Below, piece by piece: positions 13,401 to 26,300 of a stretch of DNA of 64,000 bases. A model generated the notes under the pieces. The model did not search any database. It worked only from the letters and a program-made list of their open reading frames with translations, and was not told the origin of the DNA. Origin of the DNA: Eledone cirrhosa (Eukaryota); NCBI GenBank assembly GCA_964016885.1, contig CAXHJY010001551.1, positions 1-64,000 of the forward strand. The letters run 5' to 3'. A program made the position numbers and the translations under genes. Position 1 is the first letter of the stretch. Each line of letters begins with the position of its first letter.

Positions 13401-16050
13401 GCTAAGCTAAGCTAAGCTATCCTAAGCTAAGCTAAGCTAAGCTATCCTAAGCTAAGCTAAGCTATCCTAAGCTAAGCTAAGCTAAGCTATCCTAAGCTAA
13501 GCTAAGCTAAGCTATCCTAAGCTATCCTAAGCTAAGCAATCCTAAGCTAAGCTAAGCTGAGCTATCCTAAGCTAAGCTAAGCTATCCGAAGCTAAGCTAA
13601 GCTAAGCTATCCTAAGCTAAGCTATCCTAAGCTATCCTAAGCTAAGCTATCCTAAGCTAAGCTATACTAAGCTATCCTAAGCTAAGCTATCCTAAGCTAA
13701 GCTAAGCTAAGCTATCCTAAGCTAAGCTAAGCTAAGCTATCATAAGCTAAGCTAAGCTATCCTAAGCTAAGCTAAGCTAAGCTATCCTAAGCTAAGCTAA
13801 GCTAAGTTATCCTAAGCTAAGCTAAGCTAAGCTATCCTAAGCTATCCTAAGCTAAGCTATCCTAAGCTAAGCTATCCTAAGGTAAGCTATCCTAAGCTAT
13901 CCTAAGCTAAGCTATCCTAAGCTATCCTAAGCTAAGCTAAGCTAAGCTATCCTAAGCTAAGCTAAGCTAAGCTATCCTAAGCTAAGCTAAGCTAAGCTAA
14001 GCTAAGCTATCCTAAGCTAAGCTAAGCTATCCTAAGCTAAGCTAAGCTATCCTAAGCTAAGCTAAACTAAGCTCTCCTAAGCTAAGCTAAGCTAAGCTAT
14101 CCTAAGCTTAGCTAAGCTATCCTAAGCTAAGCTAAGCTAAGCTATCCTAAGCTAAGCTAAGCTATCCTAAGCTAAGCTAAGCTAAGCTATCCTAAGCTAA
14201 GCTAAGCTAAGCTATCCTAAGCTAAGCTAAGCTAAGCTATCCTAAGCTAAGCTAAGCTAAGCTATCCTAAGCTAAGCTAAGCTATCCTAAGCTAAGCTAA
14301 GCTAAGCTATCCTAAGCTAAGCTAAGCTAAGCTATCCTAAGCTAAGCTAAGCTAAGCTATCCTAAGCTATCCTAAGCTATCCTAAGCTAAGCTAAGCTAT
14401 CCTAAGCTAAGCTAAGCTAAGCTATCCTAAGCTAAGCTAAGCTATCCTAAGCTAAGCTAAGCTAAGCTATCCTAAGCTAAGCTAAGCTATCCTAAGCTAA
14501 GCTAAGCTAAGCTATCCTAAGCTAAGCTAAGCTATCCTAAGCTATCCTAAGCTAAGCTATCCTAAGCTAAGCTAAGCTAAGCTATCCTAAGCTAAGCTAA
14601 GCTAAGCTATCCTAAGCTAAGCTAAGCTAAGCTATCCTAAGCTAAGCTATCCTAAGCTAACCTAAGCTAAGCTAAGCTATCCTAAGCTAAGCTAAGCTAT
14701 CCTAAGCTAAGCTAAGCTAAGCTATCCTAAGCTAAGCTAAGCTAAGCTATCCTAAGCTCTCCTAAGCTAAGCTATCCTAAGCTAAGCTAAGCTAAGCTAT
14801 CCTAAGCTAAGCTAAGCTATCCTAAGCTAAGCTAAGCTAAGCTATCCTAAGCTAAGCTATCCTAAGCTATCCTAAGCTAAGCTAAGCTAAGCTATCCTAA
14901 GCTAAGCTATCCTAAGCTATCCTAAGCTAAGCTAAGCTAAGATAAGCTATCCTAAGCTAAGCTATCCTAAGCTAAGCTATCCTAAGCTATCCTAAGCTAA
15001 GCTATCCTAAGCTATCCTAAGCTAAGCTATCCTAAGCTATCCTAAGCTATCCTAAGCTAAGCTAAGCTAAGCTATCCTAAGCTAAGCTAAGCTAAGCTAT
15101 CCTAAGCTAAGCTAAGCTATCCTAAGCTATCCTAAGCTCAGCTAAGCTAAGCTATCCTAAGCTAAGCTATCCTAAGCTATCCTAAGCTAAGCTATCCTAA
15201 GCTAAGCTATCCTAAGCTAAGCTATCCTAAGCTATCCTAAGCTAAGCTATCCTAAGCTATCCTAAGCTAAGCTAAGCTATCCTAAGCTAAGCTAAGCTAA
15301 GCTATCCTAAGCTAAGCTAAGCTAAGCTTTCCTAAGCTATCCTAAGCTAAGCTATCCTAAGCTAAGCTATCCTAAGCTATCCTAAGCTAAGCTAAGCTAA
15401 GCTATCCTAAGCTAAGCTATCCTAAGCTAAGCTAAGCTAAGCTATCCTAAGCTAAGCTATCCTGTGCTAAGCTAAGCTAAGCTATCCTAAGCTAAGCTAA
15501 GCTAAGCTATCCTAAGCTAAGCTATCCTAAGCTAAGCTAAGCTAAGCTATCCTAAGCTAAGCTAAGCTATCCTAAGCTAAGCTAAGCTATCCTAAGCTAA
15601 GCTAAGCTAAGCTTTCCTAAACTAAGCTAAGCTATCCTAAGCTAAGCTAAGCGAAGCTATCCTAAGCTAATCTAAGCTAAGCTATCCTAAGCTAAGCTAA
15701 GCTAAGCTATCCTAAGCCAAGCTAAGCTAAGCTATCCTAAGCCAAGCTAAGCTAAGCTATCCTAAGCCAAGCTAAGCGAAGCTATCCTAAGCTAAGCTAA
15801 GCTAAGCTTTCCTAAGCTTAGCTAAGCTAAGCTATCCTAAGCTAAGCTAAGCTAAGCTATCCTAAGCTAAGCTAAGCTAAGCTATCCTAGGCTAAGCTAA
15901 GCTAAGCTATCCTAAGCTAAGCTATCCTAAGCTAAGCTAAGCTAAGCTATCCTAAGCTAAGCTAAGCTAAGCTATCCTATGCTAAGCTAAGCTAAGCTAT
16001 CCTAAGCTAAGCTAAGCTAAGCTATCCTAAGCTAAGCTAAGCTAAGCTAT
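10500..16050 (+). repeat. ~5.55-5.58-kb higher-order block (family Y), copy 1
   Basis: Markers CTAC deletion 10563, CAATC 11772, CTGAG 11792, CGAAG 11822, CTACG 12237 and CTCTC 14757 recur at 16117, 17351, 17371, 17401, 17816 and 20336 (offset 5554, then 5579). Confidence 0.85.
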
Positions 16051-19000
16051 CCTAAGCTAAGCTAAGCTAAGCTATCCTAAGCTAAGCTAAGCTATCCTAA
16101 GCTAAGCTAAGCTAAGCTACCTAAGCTAAGCTATCCTAAGCTATCCTAAGCTAAGCTATCCTAAGCTATCCTAAGCTAAGCTATCCTAAGCTAAGCTATC
16201 CTAAGCTAAGCTATCCTAAGCTAAGCTAAGCTAAGCTATCCTAAGCTAAGCTAAGCTATCCTAAGCTAAGCTAAGCTAAGCTATCCTAAGCTAAGCTAAG
16301 CTATCCTAAGCTATCCTAAGCTATCCTAAGCTAAGCTAAGCTAAGCTATCCTAAGCTAAGCTATCCTAAGCTATCCTAAGCTAAGCTAAGCTAAGCTAAG
16401 CTAACCTAAGCTAAGCTATCCTAAGCTAAGCTATCCTAAGCTAAGCTATCCTAAGCTAAGCTAAGCTAAGCTATCCTAAGCTAAGCTAAGCTATCCTAAG
16501 CTAAGCTAAGCTAAGCTATCCTAAGCTAAGCTAAGCTAAGCTATCCTAAGCTAAGCTATCCTAAGCTATCCTAAGCTAAGCTATCCTAAGCTATCCTAAG
16601 CTAAGCTATCCTAAGCTATCCTAAGCTAAGCTAAGCTAAGCTATCCTAAGCTAAGCTAAGCTAAGCTATCCTAAGCTAAGCTAAGCTAAGCTATCCTAAG
16701 CTATCCTAAGCTAAGCTATCCTAAGCTATCCTAAGCTAAGCTATCCTAAGCTATGCTAAGCTAAGCTATCCTAAGCTAAGCTATCCTAAGCTATCCTAAG
16801 CTAAGCTATCCTAAGCTATCCTAAGCTAAGCTAAGCTATCCTAAGCTAAGCTAAGCTAAGCTAAGCTATCCTAAGCTAAGCTATGCTAAGCTAAGCTATC
16901 CTAAGCTAAGCTAAGCTAAGCTATCCTAAGCTAAGCTAAGCTAAGCTATCCTAAGCTAAGCTAAGCTATCCTAAGCTAAGCTAAGCTAAGCTATCCTAAG
17001 CTAAGCTAAGCTATCCTAAGCTAAGCTAAGCTAAGCTAAGCTAAGCTATCCTAAGCTAAGCTAAGCTAAGCTATCCTAAGCTAAGCTAAGCTAAGCTATC
17101 CTAAGCTAAGCTAAGCTATCCTAAGCTAAGCTAAGCTATCCTAAGCTAAGCTAAGCTAAGCTATCCTAAGCTAAGCTAAGCTAAGCTATCCTAAGCTAAG
17201 CTAAGCTAAGCTATCCTAAGCTAAGCTAAGCTAAGCTATCCTAAGCTAAGCTAAGCTATCCTAAGCTAAGCTAAGCTATCCTAAGCTAAGCTAAGCTAAG
17301 CTATCCTAAGCTAAGCTAAGCTAAGCTATCCTAAGCTATCCTAAGCTAAGCAATCCTAAGCTAAGCTAAGCTGAGCTATCCTAAGCTAAGCTAAGCTATC
17401 CGAAGCTAAGCTAAGCTAAGCTATCCTAAGCTAAGCTATCCTAAGCTATCCTAAGCTAAGCTATCCTAAGCTAAGCTATCCTAAGCTAAGCTATCCTAAG
17501 CTATCCTAAGCTAAGCTATCCTAAGCTAAGCTAAGCTAAGCTATCCTAAGCTAAGCTAAGCTAAGCTATCATAAGCTAAGCTAAGCTATCCTAAGCTAAG
17601 CTAAGCTAAGCTATCCTAAGCTAAGCTAAGCTAAGTTATCCTAAGCTAAGCTAAGCTAAGCTATCCTAAGCTATCCTAAGCTAAGCTATCCTAAGCTAAG
17701 CTATCCTAAGCTAAGCTATCCTAAGCTATCCTAAGCTAAGCTAAGCTAAGCTATCCTAAGCTAAGCTAAGCTAAGCTATCCTAAGCTAAGCTAAGCTAAG
17801 CTAAGCTAAGCTATCCTACGCTAAGCTAAGCTATCCTAAGCTAAGCTAAGCTAAGCTATCCTAAGCTAAGCTAAGCTAAGCTCTCCTAAGCTAAGCTAAG
17901 CTAAGCTAAGCTATCCTAAGCTAAGCTAAGCTATCCTAAGCTAAGCTAAGCTAAGCTATCCTAAGCTAAGCTAAGCTATCCTAAGCTAAGCTAAGCTAAG
18001 CTATCCTAAGCTAAGCTAAGCTAAGCTATCCTAAGCTAAGCTAAGCTATCCTAAGCTAAGCTAAGCTAAGCTATCCTAAGCTAAGCTAAGCTATCCTAAG
18101 CTATCCTAAGCTATCCTAAGCTAAGCTAAGCTAAGCTATCCTAAGCTAAGCTATCCTAAGCTATCCTAAGCTAAGCTAAGCTAAGCTAACCTAAGCTAAG
18201 CTATCCTAAGCTAAGCTATCCTAAGCTAAGCTATCCTAAGCTAAGCTAAGCTAAGCTATCCTAAGCTAAGCTAAGCTATCCTAAGCTAAGCTAAGCTAAG
18301 CTATCCTAAGCTAAGCTAAGCTAAGCTATCCTAAGCTAAGCTATCCTAAGCTATCCTAAGCTAAGCTATCCTAAGCTATCCTAAGCTAAGCTATCCTAAG
18401 CTATCCTAAGCTAAGCTAAGCTAAGCTATCCTAAGCTAAGCTAAGCTAAGCTATCCTAAGCTAAGCTAAGCTAAGCTATCCTAAGCTATCCTAAGCTAAG
18501 CTATCCTAAGCTAAGCTATCCTAAGCTAAGCTATCCTAAGCTATGCTAAGCTAAGCTATCCTAAGCTAAGCTATCCTAAGCTATTCTAAGCTAAGCTATC
18601 CTAAGCTATCCTAAGCTAAGCTAAGCTATCCTAAGCTAAGCTAAGCTAAGCTAAGCTATCCTAAGCTAAGCTATGCTAAGCTAAGCTATCCTAAGCTAAG
18701 CTAAGCTAAGCTATCCTAAGCTAAGCTAAGCTAAGCTATCCTAAGCTAAGCTAAGCTATCCTAAGCTAAGCTAAGCTAAGCTATCCTAAGCTAAGCTAAG
18801 CTATCCTAAGCTAAGCTAAGCTAAGCTAAGCTATCCTAAGCTAAGCTAAGCTAAGCTATCCTAAGCTAAGCTAAGCTAAGCTATCCTAAGCTAAGCTAAG
18901 CTAAGCTATCCTAAGCTAAGCTAAGCTATCCTAAGCTAAGCTAAGCTAAGCTATCCTAAGCTAAGCTAAGCTATCCTAAGCTAAGCTAAGCTAAGCTATC

Positions 19001-22000
19001 CTAAGCTAAGCTAAGCTAAGCTATCCTAAGCTAAGCTAAGCTATCCTAAGCTAAGCTAAGCTAAGCTATCCTAAGCTAAGCTAAGCTAAGCTATCCTAAG
19101 CTATCCTAAGCTAAGCAATCCTAAGCTAAGCTAAGCTGAGCTATCCTAAGCTAAGCTAAGCTATCCGAAGCTAAGCTAAGCTAAGCTATCCTAAGCTAAG
19201 CTATCCTAAGCTATCCTAAGCTAAGCTATCCTAAGCTAAGCTATACTAAGCTATCCTAAGCTAAGCTATCCTAAGCTAAGCTAAGCTAAGCTATCCTAAG
19301 CTAAGCTAAGCTAAGCTATCATAAGCTAAGCTAAGCTATCCTAAGCTAAGCTAAGCTAAGCTATCCTAAGCTAAGCTAAGCTAAGTTATCCTAAGCTAAG
19401 CTAAGCTAAGCTATCCTAAGCTATCCTAAGCTAAGCTATCCTAAGCTAAGCTATCCTAAGGTAAGCTATCCTAAGCTATCCTAAGCTAAGCTATCCTAAG
19501 CTATCCTAAGCTAAGCTAAGCTAAGCTATCCTAAGCTAAGCTAAGCTAAGCTATCCTAAGCTAAGCTAAGCTAAGCTAAGCTAAGCTATCCTAAGCTAAG
19601 CTAAGCTATCCTAAGCTAAGCTAAGCTATCCTAAGCTAAGCTAAACTAAGCTCTCCTAAGCTAAGCTAAGCTAAGCTATCCTAAGCTTAGCTAAGCTATC
19701 CTAAGCTAAGCTAAGCTAAGCTATCCTAAGCTAAGCTAAGCTATCCTAAGCTAAGCTAAGCTAAGCTATCCTAAGCTAAGCTAAGCTAAGCTATCCTAAG
19801 CTAAGCTAAGCTAAGCTATCCTAAGCTAAGCTAAGCTAAGCTATCCTAAGCTAAGCTAAGCTATCCTAAGCTAAGCTAAGCTAAGCTATCCTAAGCTAAG
19901 CTAAGCTAAGCTATCCTAAGCTAAGCTAAGCTAAGCTATCCTAAGCTATCCTAAGCTATCCTAAGCTAAGCTAAGCTATCCTAAGCTAAGCTAAGCTAAG
20001 CTATCCTAAGCTAAGCTAAGCTATCCTAAGCTAAGCTAAGCTAAGCTATCCTAAGCTAAGCTAAGCTATCCTAAGCTAAGCTAAGCTAAGCTATCCTAAG
20101 CTAAGCTAAGCTATCCTAAGCTATCCTAAGCTAAGCTATCCTAAGCTAAGCTAAGCTAAGCTATCCTAAGCTAAGCTAAGCTAAGCTATCCTAAGCTAAG
20201 CTAAGCTAAGCTATCCTAAGCTAAGCTATCCTAAGCTAACCTAAGCTAAGCTAAGCTATCCTAAGCTAAGCTAAGCTATCCTAAGCTAAGCTAAGCTAAG
20301 CTATCCTAAGCTAAGCTAAGCTAAGCTATCCTAAGCTCTCCTAAGCTAAGCTATCCTAAGCTAAGCTAAGCTAAGCTATCCTAAGCTAAGCTAAGCTATC
20401 CTAAGCTAAGCTAAGCTAAGCTATCCTAAGCTAAGCTATCCTAAGCTAAGCTAAGCTATCCTAAGCTAAGCTAAGCTAAGCTATCCTAAGCTAAGCTAAG
20501 CTATCCTAAGCTAAGCTAAGCTAAGCTAAGCTATCCTAAGCTAAGCTAAGCTAAGCTATCCTAAGCTAAGCTAAGCTAAGCTATCCTAAGCTAAGCTAAG
20601 CTAAGCTATCCTAAGCTAAGCTAAGCTATCCTAAGCTAAGCTAAGCTAAGCTATCCTAAGCTAAGCTAAGCTATCCTAAGCTAAGCTAAGCTAAGCTATC
20701 CTAAGCTAAGCTAAGCTAAGCTATCCTAAGCTAAGCTAAGCTATCCTAAGCTAAGCTAAGCTAAGCTATCCTAAGCTAAGCTAAGCTAAGCTATCCTAAG
20801 CTATCCTAAGCTAAGCAATCCTAAGCTAAGCTAAGCTGAGCTATCCTAAGCTAAGCTAAGCTATCCGAAGCTAAGCTAAGCTAAGCTATCCTAAGCTAAG
20901 CTATCCTAAGCTATCCTAAGCTAAGCTATCCTAAGCTAAGCTATACTAAGCTATCCTAAGCTAAGCTATCCTAAGCTAAGCTAAGCTAAGCTATCCTAAG
21001 CTAAGCTAAGCTAAGCTATCATAAGCTAAGCTAAGCTATCCTAAGCTAAGCTAAGCTAAGCTATCCTAAGCTAAGCTAAGCTAAGTTATCCTAAGCTAAG
21101 CTAAGCTAAGCTATCCTAAGCTATCCTAAGCTAAGCTATCCTAAGCTAAGCTATCCTAAGGTAAGCTATCCTAAGCTATCCTAAGCTAAGCTATCCTAAG
21201 CTATCCTAAGCTAAGCTAAGCTAAGCTATCCTAAGCTAAGCTAAGCTAAGCTATCCTAAGCTAAGCTAAGCTAAGCTAAGCTAAGCTATCCTAAGCTAAG
21301 CTAAGCTATCCTAAGCTAAGCTAAGCTATCCTAAGCTAAGCTAAACTAAGCTCTCCTAAGCTAAGCTAAGCTATCCTAAGCTTAGCTAAGCTATCCTAAG
21401 CTAAGCTAAGCTAAGCTATCCTAAGCTAAGCTAAGCTATCCTAAGCTAAGCTAAGCTAAGCTATCCTAAGCTAAGCTAAGCTAAGCTATCCTAAGCTAAG
21501 CTAAGCTAAGCTATCCTAAGCTAAGCTAAGCTAAGCTATCCTAAGCTAAGCTAAGCTATCCTAAGCTAAGCTAAGCTAAGCTATCCTAAGCTAAGCTAAG
21601 CTAAGCTATCCTAAGCTAAGCTAAGCTAAGCTATCCTAAGCTATCCTAAGCTATCCTAAGCTAAGCTAAGCTATCCTAAGCTAAGCTAAGCTAAGCTATC
21701 CTAAGCTAAGCTAAGCTATCCTAAGCTAAGCTAAGCTAAGCTATCCTAAGCTAAGCTAAGCTATCCTAAGCTAAGCTAAGCTAAGCTATCCTAAGCTAAG
21801 CTAAGCTATCCTAAGCTATCCTAAGCTAAGCTATCCTAAGCTAAGCTAAGCTAAGCTATCCTAAGCTAAGCTAAGCTAAGCTATCCTAAGCTAAGCTAAG
21901 CTAAGCTATCCTAAGCTAAGCTATCCTAAGCTAACCTAAGCTAAGCTAAGCTATCCTAAGCTAAGCTAAGCTATCCTAAGCTAAGCTAAGCTAAGCTATC

Positions 22001-23340
22001 CTAAGCTAAGCTAAGCTAAGCTATCCTAAGCTCTCCTAAGCTAAGCTATCCTAAGCTAAGCTAAGCTAAGCTATCCTAAGCTAAGCTAAGCTATCCTAAG
22101 CTAAGCTAAGCTAAGCTATCCTAAGCTAAGCTATCCTAAGCTATCCTAAGCTAAGCTAAGCTAAGCTATCCTAAGCTAAGCTATCCTAAGCTATCCTAAG
22201 CTAAGCTAAGCTAAGATAAGCTATCCTAAGCTAAGCTATCCTAAGCTAAGCTATCCTAAGCTATCCTAAGCTAAGCTATCCTAAGCTATCCTAAGCTAAG
22301 CTATCCTAAGCTATCCTAAGCTATCCTAAGCTAAGCTAAGCTAAGCTATCCTAAGCTAAGCTAAGCTAAGCTATCCTAAGCTAAGCTAAGCTAAGCTATC
22401 CTAAGCTATCCTAAGCTAAGCTAAGCTAAGCTATCCTAAGCTAAGCTATCCTAAGCTATCCTAAGCTAAGCTATCCTAAGCTAAGCTATCCTAAGCTAAG
22501 CTATCCTAAGCTATCCTAAGCTAAGCTATCCTAAGCTATCCTAAGCTAAGCTAAGCTATCCTAAGCTAAGCTAAGCTAAGCTATCCTAAGCTAAGCTAAG
22601 CTAAGCTTTCCTAAGCTATCCTAAGCTAAGCTATCCTAAGCTAAGCTATCCTAAGCTATCCTAAGCTAAGCTAAGCTAAGCTATCCTAAGCTAAGCTATC
22701 CTAAGCTAAGCTAAGCTAAGCTATCCTAAGCTAAGCTATCCTGTGCTAAGCTAAGCTAAGCTATCCTAAGCTAAGCTAAGCTAAGCTATCCTAAGCTAAG
22801 CTATCCTAAGCTAAGCTAAGCTAAGCTATCCTAAGCTAAGCTAAGCTATCCTAAGCTAAGCTAAGCTATCCTAAGCTAAGCTAAGCTAAGCTTTCCTAAA
22901 CTAAGCTAAGCTATCCTAAGCTAAGCTAAGCGAAGCTATCCTAAGCTAATCTAAGCTAAGCTATCCTAAGCTAAGCTAAGCTAAGCTATCCTAAGCCAAG
23001 CTAAGCTAAGCTATCCTAAGCCAAGCTAAGCTAAGCTATCCTAAGCCAAGCTAAGCGAAGCTATCCTAAGCTAAGCTAAGCTAAGCTTTCCTAAGCTTAG
23101 CTAAGCTAAGCTATCCTAAGCTAAGCTAAGCTAAGCTATCCTAAGCTAAGCTAAGCTAAGCTATCCTAGGCTAAGCTAAGCTAAGCTATCCTAAGCTAAG
23201 CTATCCTAAGCTAAGCTAAGCTAAGCTATCCTAAGCTAAGCTAAGCTAAGCTATCCTATGCTAAGCTAAGCTAAGCTATCCTAAGCTAAGCTAAGCTAAG
23301 CTATCCTAAGCTAAGCTAAGCTAAGCTATCCTAAGCTAAG
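16050..23340 (+). repeat. Family Y copy 2, lengthened by an extra ~1.7-kb internal tandem duplication
   Basis: Same markers as copy 1, plus the extra pairs CAATC 19116/20816 (1700) and CTCTC 20336/22031 (1695). The terminal CTGTG marker is at 15462/22741 (offset 7279, about 5579 + 1700). Confidence 0.8.
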
Positions 23341-26300
23341 CTAAGCTATCCTAAGCTAAGCTATCCTAAGCTAAGCTAAGCTAAGCTATCCTAAGCTAAG
23401 CTAAGCTAAGCTTTCCTAAGCTATCCTAAGCTAAGCTATCCTAAGCTAAGCTAAGCTAAGCTATCCTAAGCTAAGCTAAGCTATCCTAAGCTAAGCTAAG
23501 CTAAGCTATCCTAAGCTAAGCTATCCTAAGCTATCCTAAGCTAAGCTATCCTAAGCTATCCTAAGCTAAGCTATCCTAAGCTAAGCTATCCTAAGCTAAG
23601 CTATTCTAAGCTAAGCTAAGCTAAGCTATCCTAAGCTAAGCTTAGCTAAGCTATCCTAAGCTAAGCTAAGCTAAGCTATCCTAAGCTAAGCTAAGCTAAG
23701 CTATCCTAAGCTTAGCTAAGCTATCGGAAGCTATGCTAAGCTAATCTATCCTAAGCTAAGCTAAGCTAAGCTATCCTAAGCTATCCTAAGCTAAGCTATC
23801 CTAAGCTAATCTATCCTAAGCTATCCCAAGCTAAGCTATCCTAAGCTAAGCTAAGCTAAGCTATCCTAAGCTAAGCTAAGCTAAGCTATCCTAAGCTAAG
23901 CTATCCTAAGCTAAGCTATCCTAAGCTATCCTAAGCTAAGCTATCCTAATCTATCCTAAGCTAAGCTATCCTAAGCTATCCTAAGCTAAGCTATCCTAAG
24001 CTATCCTAAGCTAAGCTAAGCTAAGCTATCCTAAGCTATCCTAAGCTAAGCTATCCTAAGCTAAGCTATCCTAAGCTAAGCTATCCTAAGCTAAGCTATC
24101 CTAAGCTAAGCTATCCTAAGCTATCCTAAGCTAAGCTATCCTAAGCTATCCTAAGCTAAGCTATCCTAAACTATCCTAAGCTAAGCTAAGCTAAGCTATC
24201 CTAAGCTAAGCTAAGCTAAGCTATCCTAAGCTAAGCTAAGCTAAGCTATCCTAAGCTAAGCTAAGCTAAGCTATCCTAAGCTAAGCTAAGCTAAGCTATC
24301 CTAAGCTCTCCTAAGCTAAGCTATCCTAAGCTAAGCTATCCTAAGCTAAGCTATCCTAAGCTATCCTAAGCTAAGCTTTCCAAAGCTAAGCTCTCCTAAG
24401 GTAAGCTATCCTAAGCTATCCTAAGCTAAGCTATCCTAAGCTATCCTAAGCTCAGCTAAGCTAAGCTATCCTAAGCTAAGCTAAGCTAAGCTATCCTAAG
24501 CTAAGCTAAGCTAAGCTATCCTAAGCTAAGCTAAGCTAAGCTATCCTAAGCTAAGCTAAGCTAAGCTATCCTAAGCTAAGCTAAGCTAAGCTCTCCTAAG
24601 CTAAGCTAAGCTAAGCTATCCTAAGCTAAGCTAAGCTAAGCTATCCTAAGCTAAGCTAAGCTATCCTAAGCTAAGCTAAGCTATCCTAAGCTAAGCTAAG
24701 CTAAGCTATCCTAAGCTAAGCTAAGCTAAGCTATCCTAAGCTAAGCTAAGCTAAGCTATCCTAAGCTAAGCTAAGCTATCCTAAGCTATCCTAAGCTAAG
24801 CTATCCTAAGCTAAGCTAAGCTAAGCTAAGCTAAGCTATCCTAAGCTAAGCTATCCTAAGCTAAGCTAAGCTAAGCTATCCTAAGCTAAGCTAAGCTATC
24901 CTAAGCTAAGCTAAGCTAAGCTAAGCTAAGCTATCCTAAGCTAAGCTAAGCTAAGCTATCCTAAGCTAAGCTAAGCTAAGCTTTCCTAAGCTATCCTAAG
25001 CTAAGCTATCCTAAGCTAAGCTAAGCTAAGCTATCCTAAGCTAAGCTAAGCTATCCTAAGCTAAGCTAAGCTAAGCTATCCTAAGCTAAGCTATCCTAAG
25101 CTATCCTAAGCTAAGCTATCCTAAGCTATCCTAAGCTAAGCTATCCTAAGCTAAGCTATCCTAAGCTAAGCTTAGCTAAGCTATCCTAAGCTAAGCTAAG
25201 CTAAGCTATCCTAAGCTAAGCTAAGCTAAGCTATCCTAAGCTTAGCTAAGCTATCGGAAGCTATGCTAAGCTAATCTATCCTAAGCTAAGCTAAGCTAAG
25301 CTATCCTAAGCTAAGCTATCCTAAGCTAATCTATCCTAAGCTATCCCAAGCTAAGCTATCCTAAGCTAAGCTAAGCTAAGCTATCCTAAGCTAAGCTAAG
25401 CTAAGCTATCCTAAGCTAAGCTATCCTAAGCTAAGCTATCCTAAGCTATCCTAAGCTAAGCTATCCTAATCTATCCTAAGCTAAGCTATCCTAAGCTATC
25501 CTAAGCTAAGCTATCCTAAGCTATCCTAAGCTAAGCTAAGCTAAGCTATCCTAAGCTATCCTAAGCTAAGCTATCCTAAGCTAAGCTATCCTAAGCTATC
25601 CTAAGCTAAGCTATCCTAAGCTATCCTAAGCTAAGCTATCCTAAGCTATCCTAAGCTAAGCTAAGCTAAGCTATCCTAAGCTAAGCTAAGCTAAGCTATC
25701 CTAAGCTAAGCTAAGCTATCCTAAGCTAAGCTAAGCTAAGCTATCCTAAGCTATCCTAAGCTAAGCTATCCTATGCTAAGCTATCCTAAGCTATCCTAAG
25801 CTAAGCTATCCTAAGCTATCCTAAGCTAAGCTATCCTAAGCTAAGCTATCCTAAGCTAAGCTATCCTAAGCTATCCTAAGCTAAGCTATCCTAAGCTATC
25901 CTAAGCTAAGCTATCCTAAACTATCCTAAGCTAAGCTAAGCTAAGCTATCCTAAGCTAAGCTAAGCTAAGCTATCCTAAGCTAAGCTAAGCTAAGCTATC
26001 CTAAGCTAAGCTAAGCTAAGCTATCCTAAGCTAAGCTAAGCTAAGCTATCCTAAGCTCTCCTAAGCTAAGCTATCCTAAGCTAAGCTATCCTAAGCTAAG
26101 CTATCCTAAGCTATCCTAAGCTAAGCTTTCCTAAGCTAAGCTCTCCTAAGGTAAGCTATCCTAAGCTATCCTAAGCTAAGCTATCCTAAGCTATCCTAAG
26201 CTCAGCTAAGCTAAGCTATCCTAAGCTAAGCTAAGCTAAGCTATCCTAAGCTAAGCTAAGCTAAGCTATCCTAAGCTAAGCTAAGCTAAGCTATCCTAAG

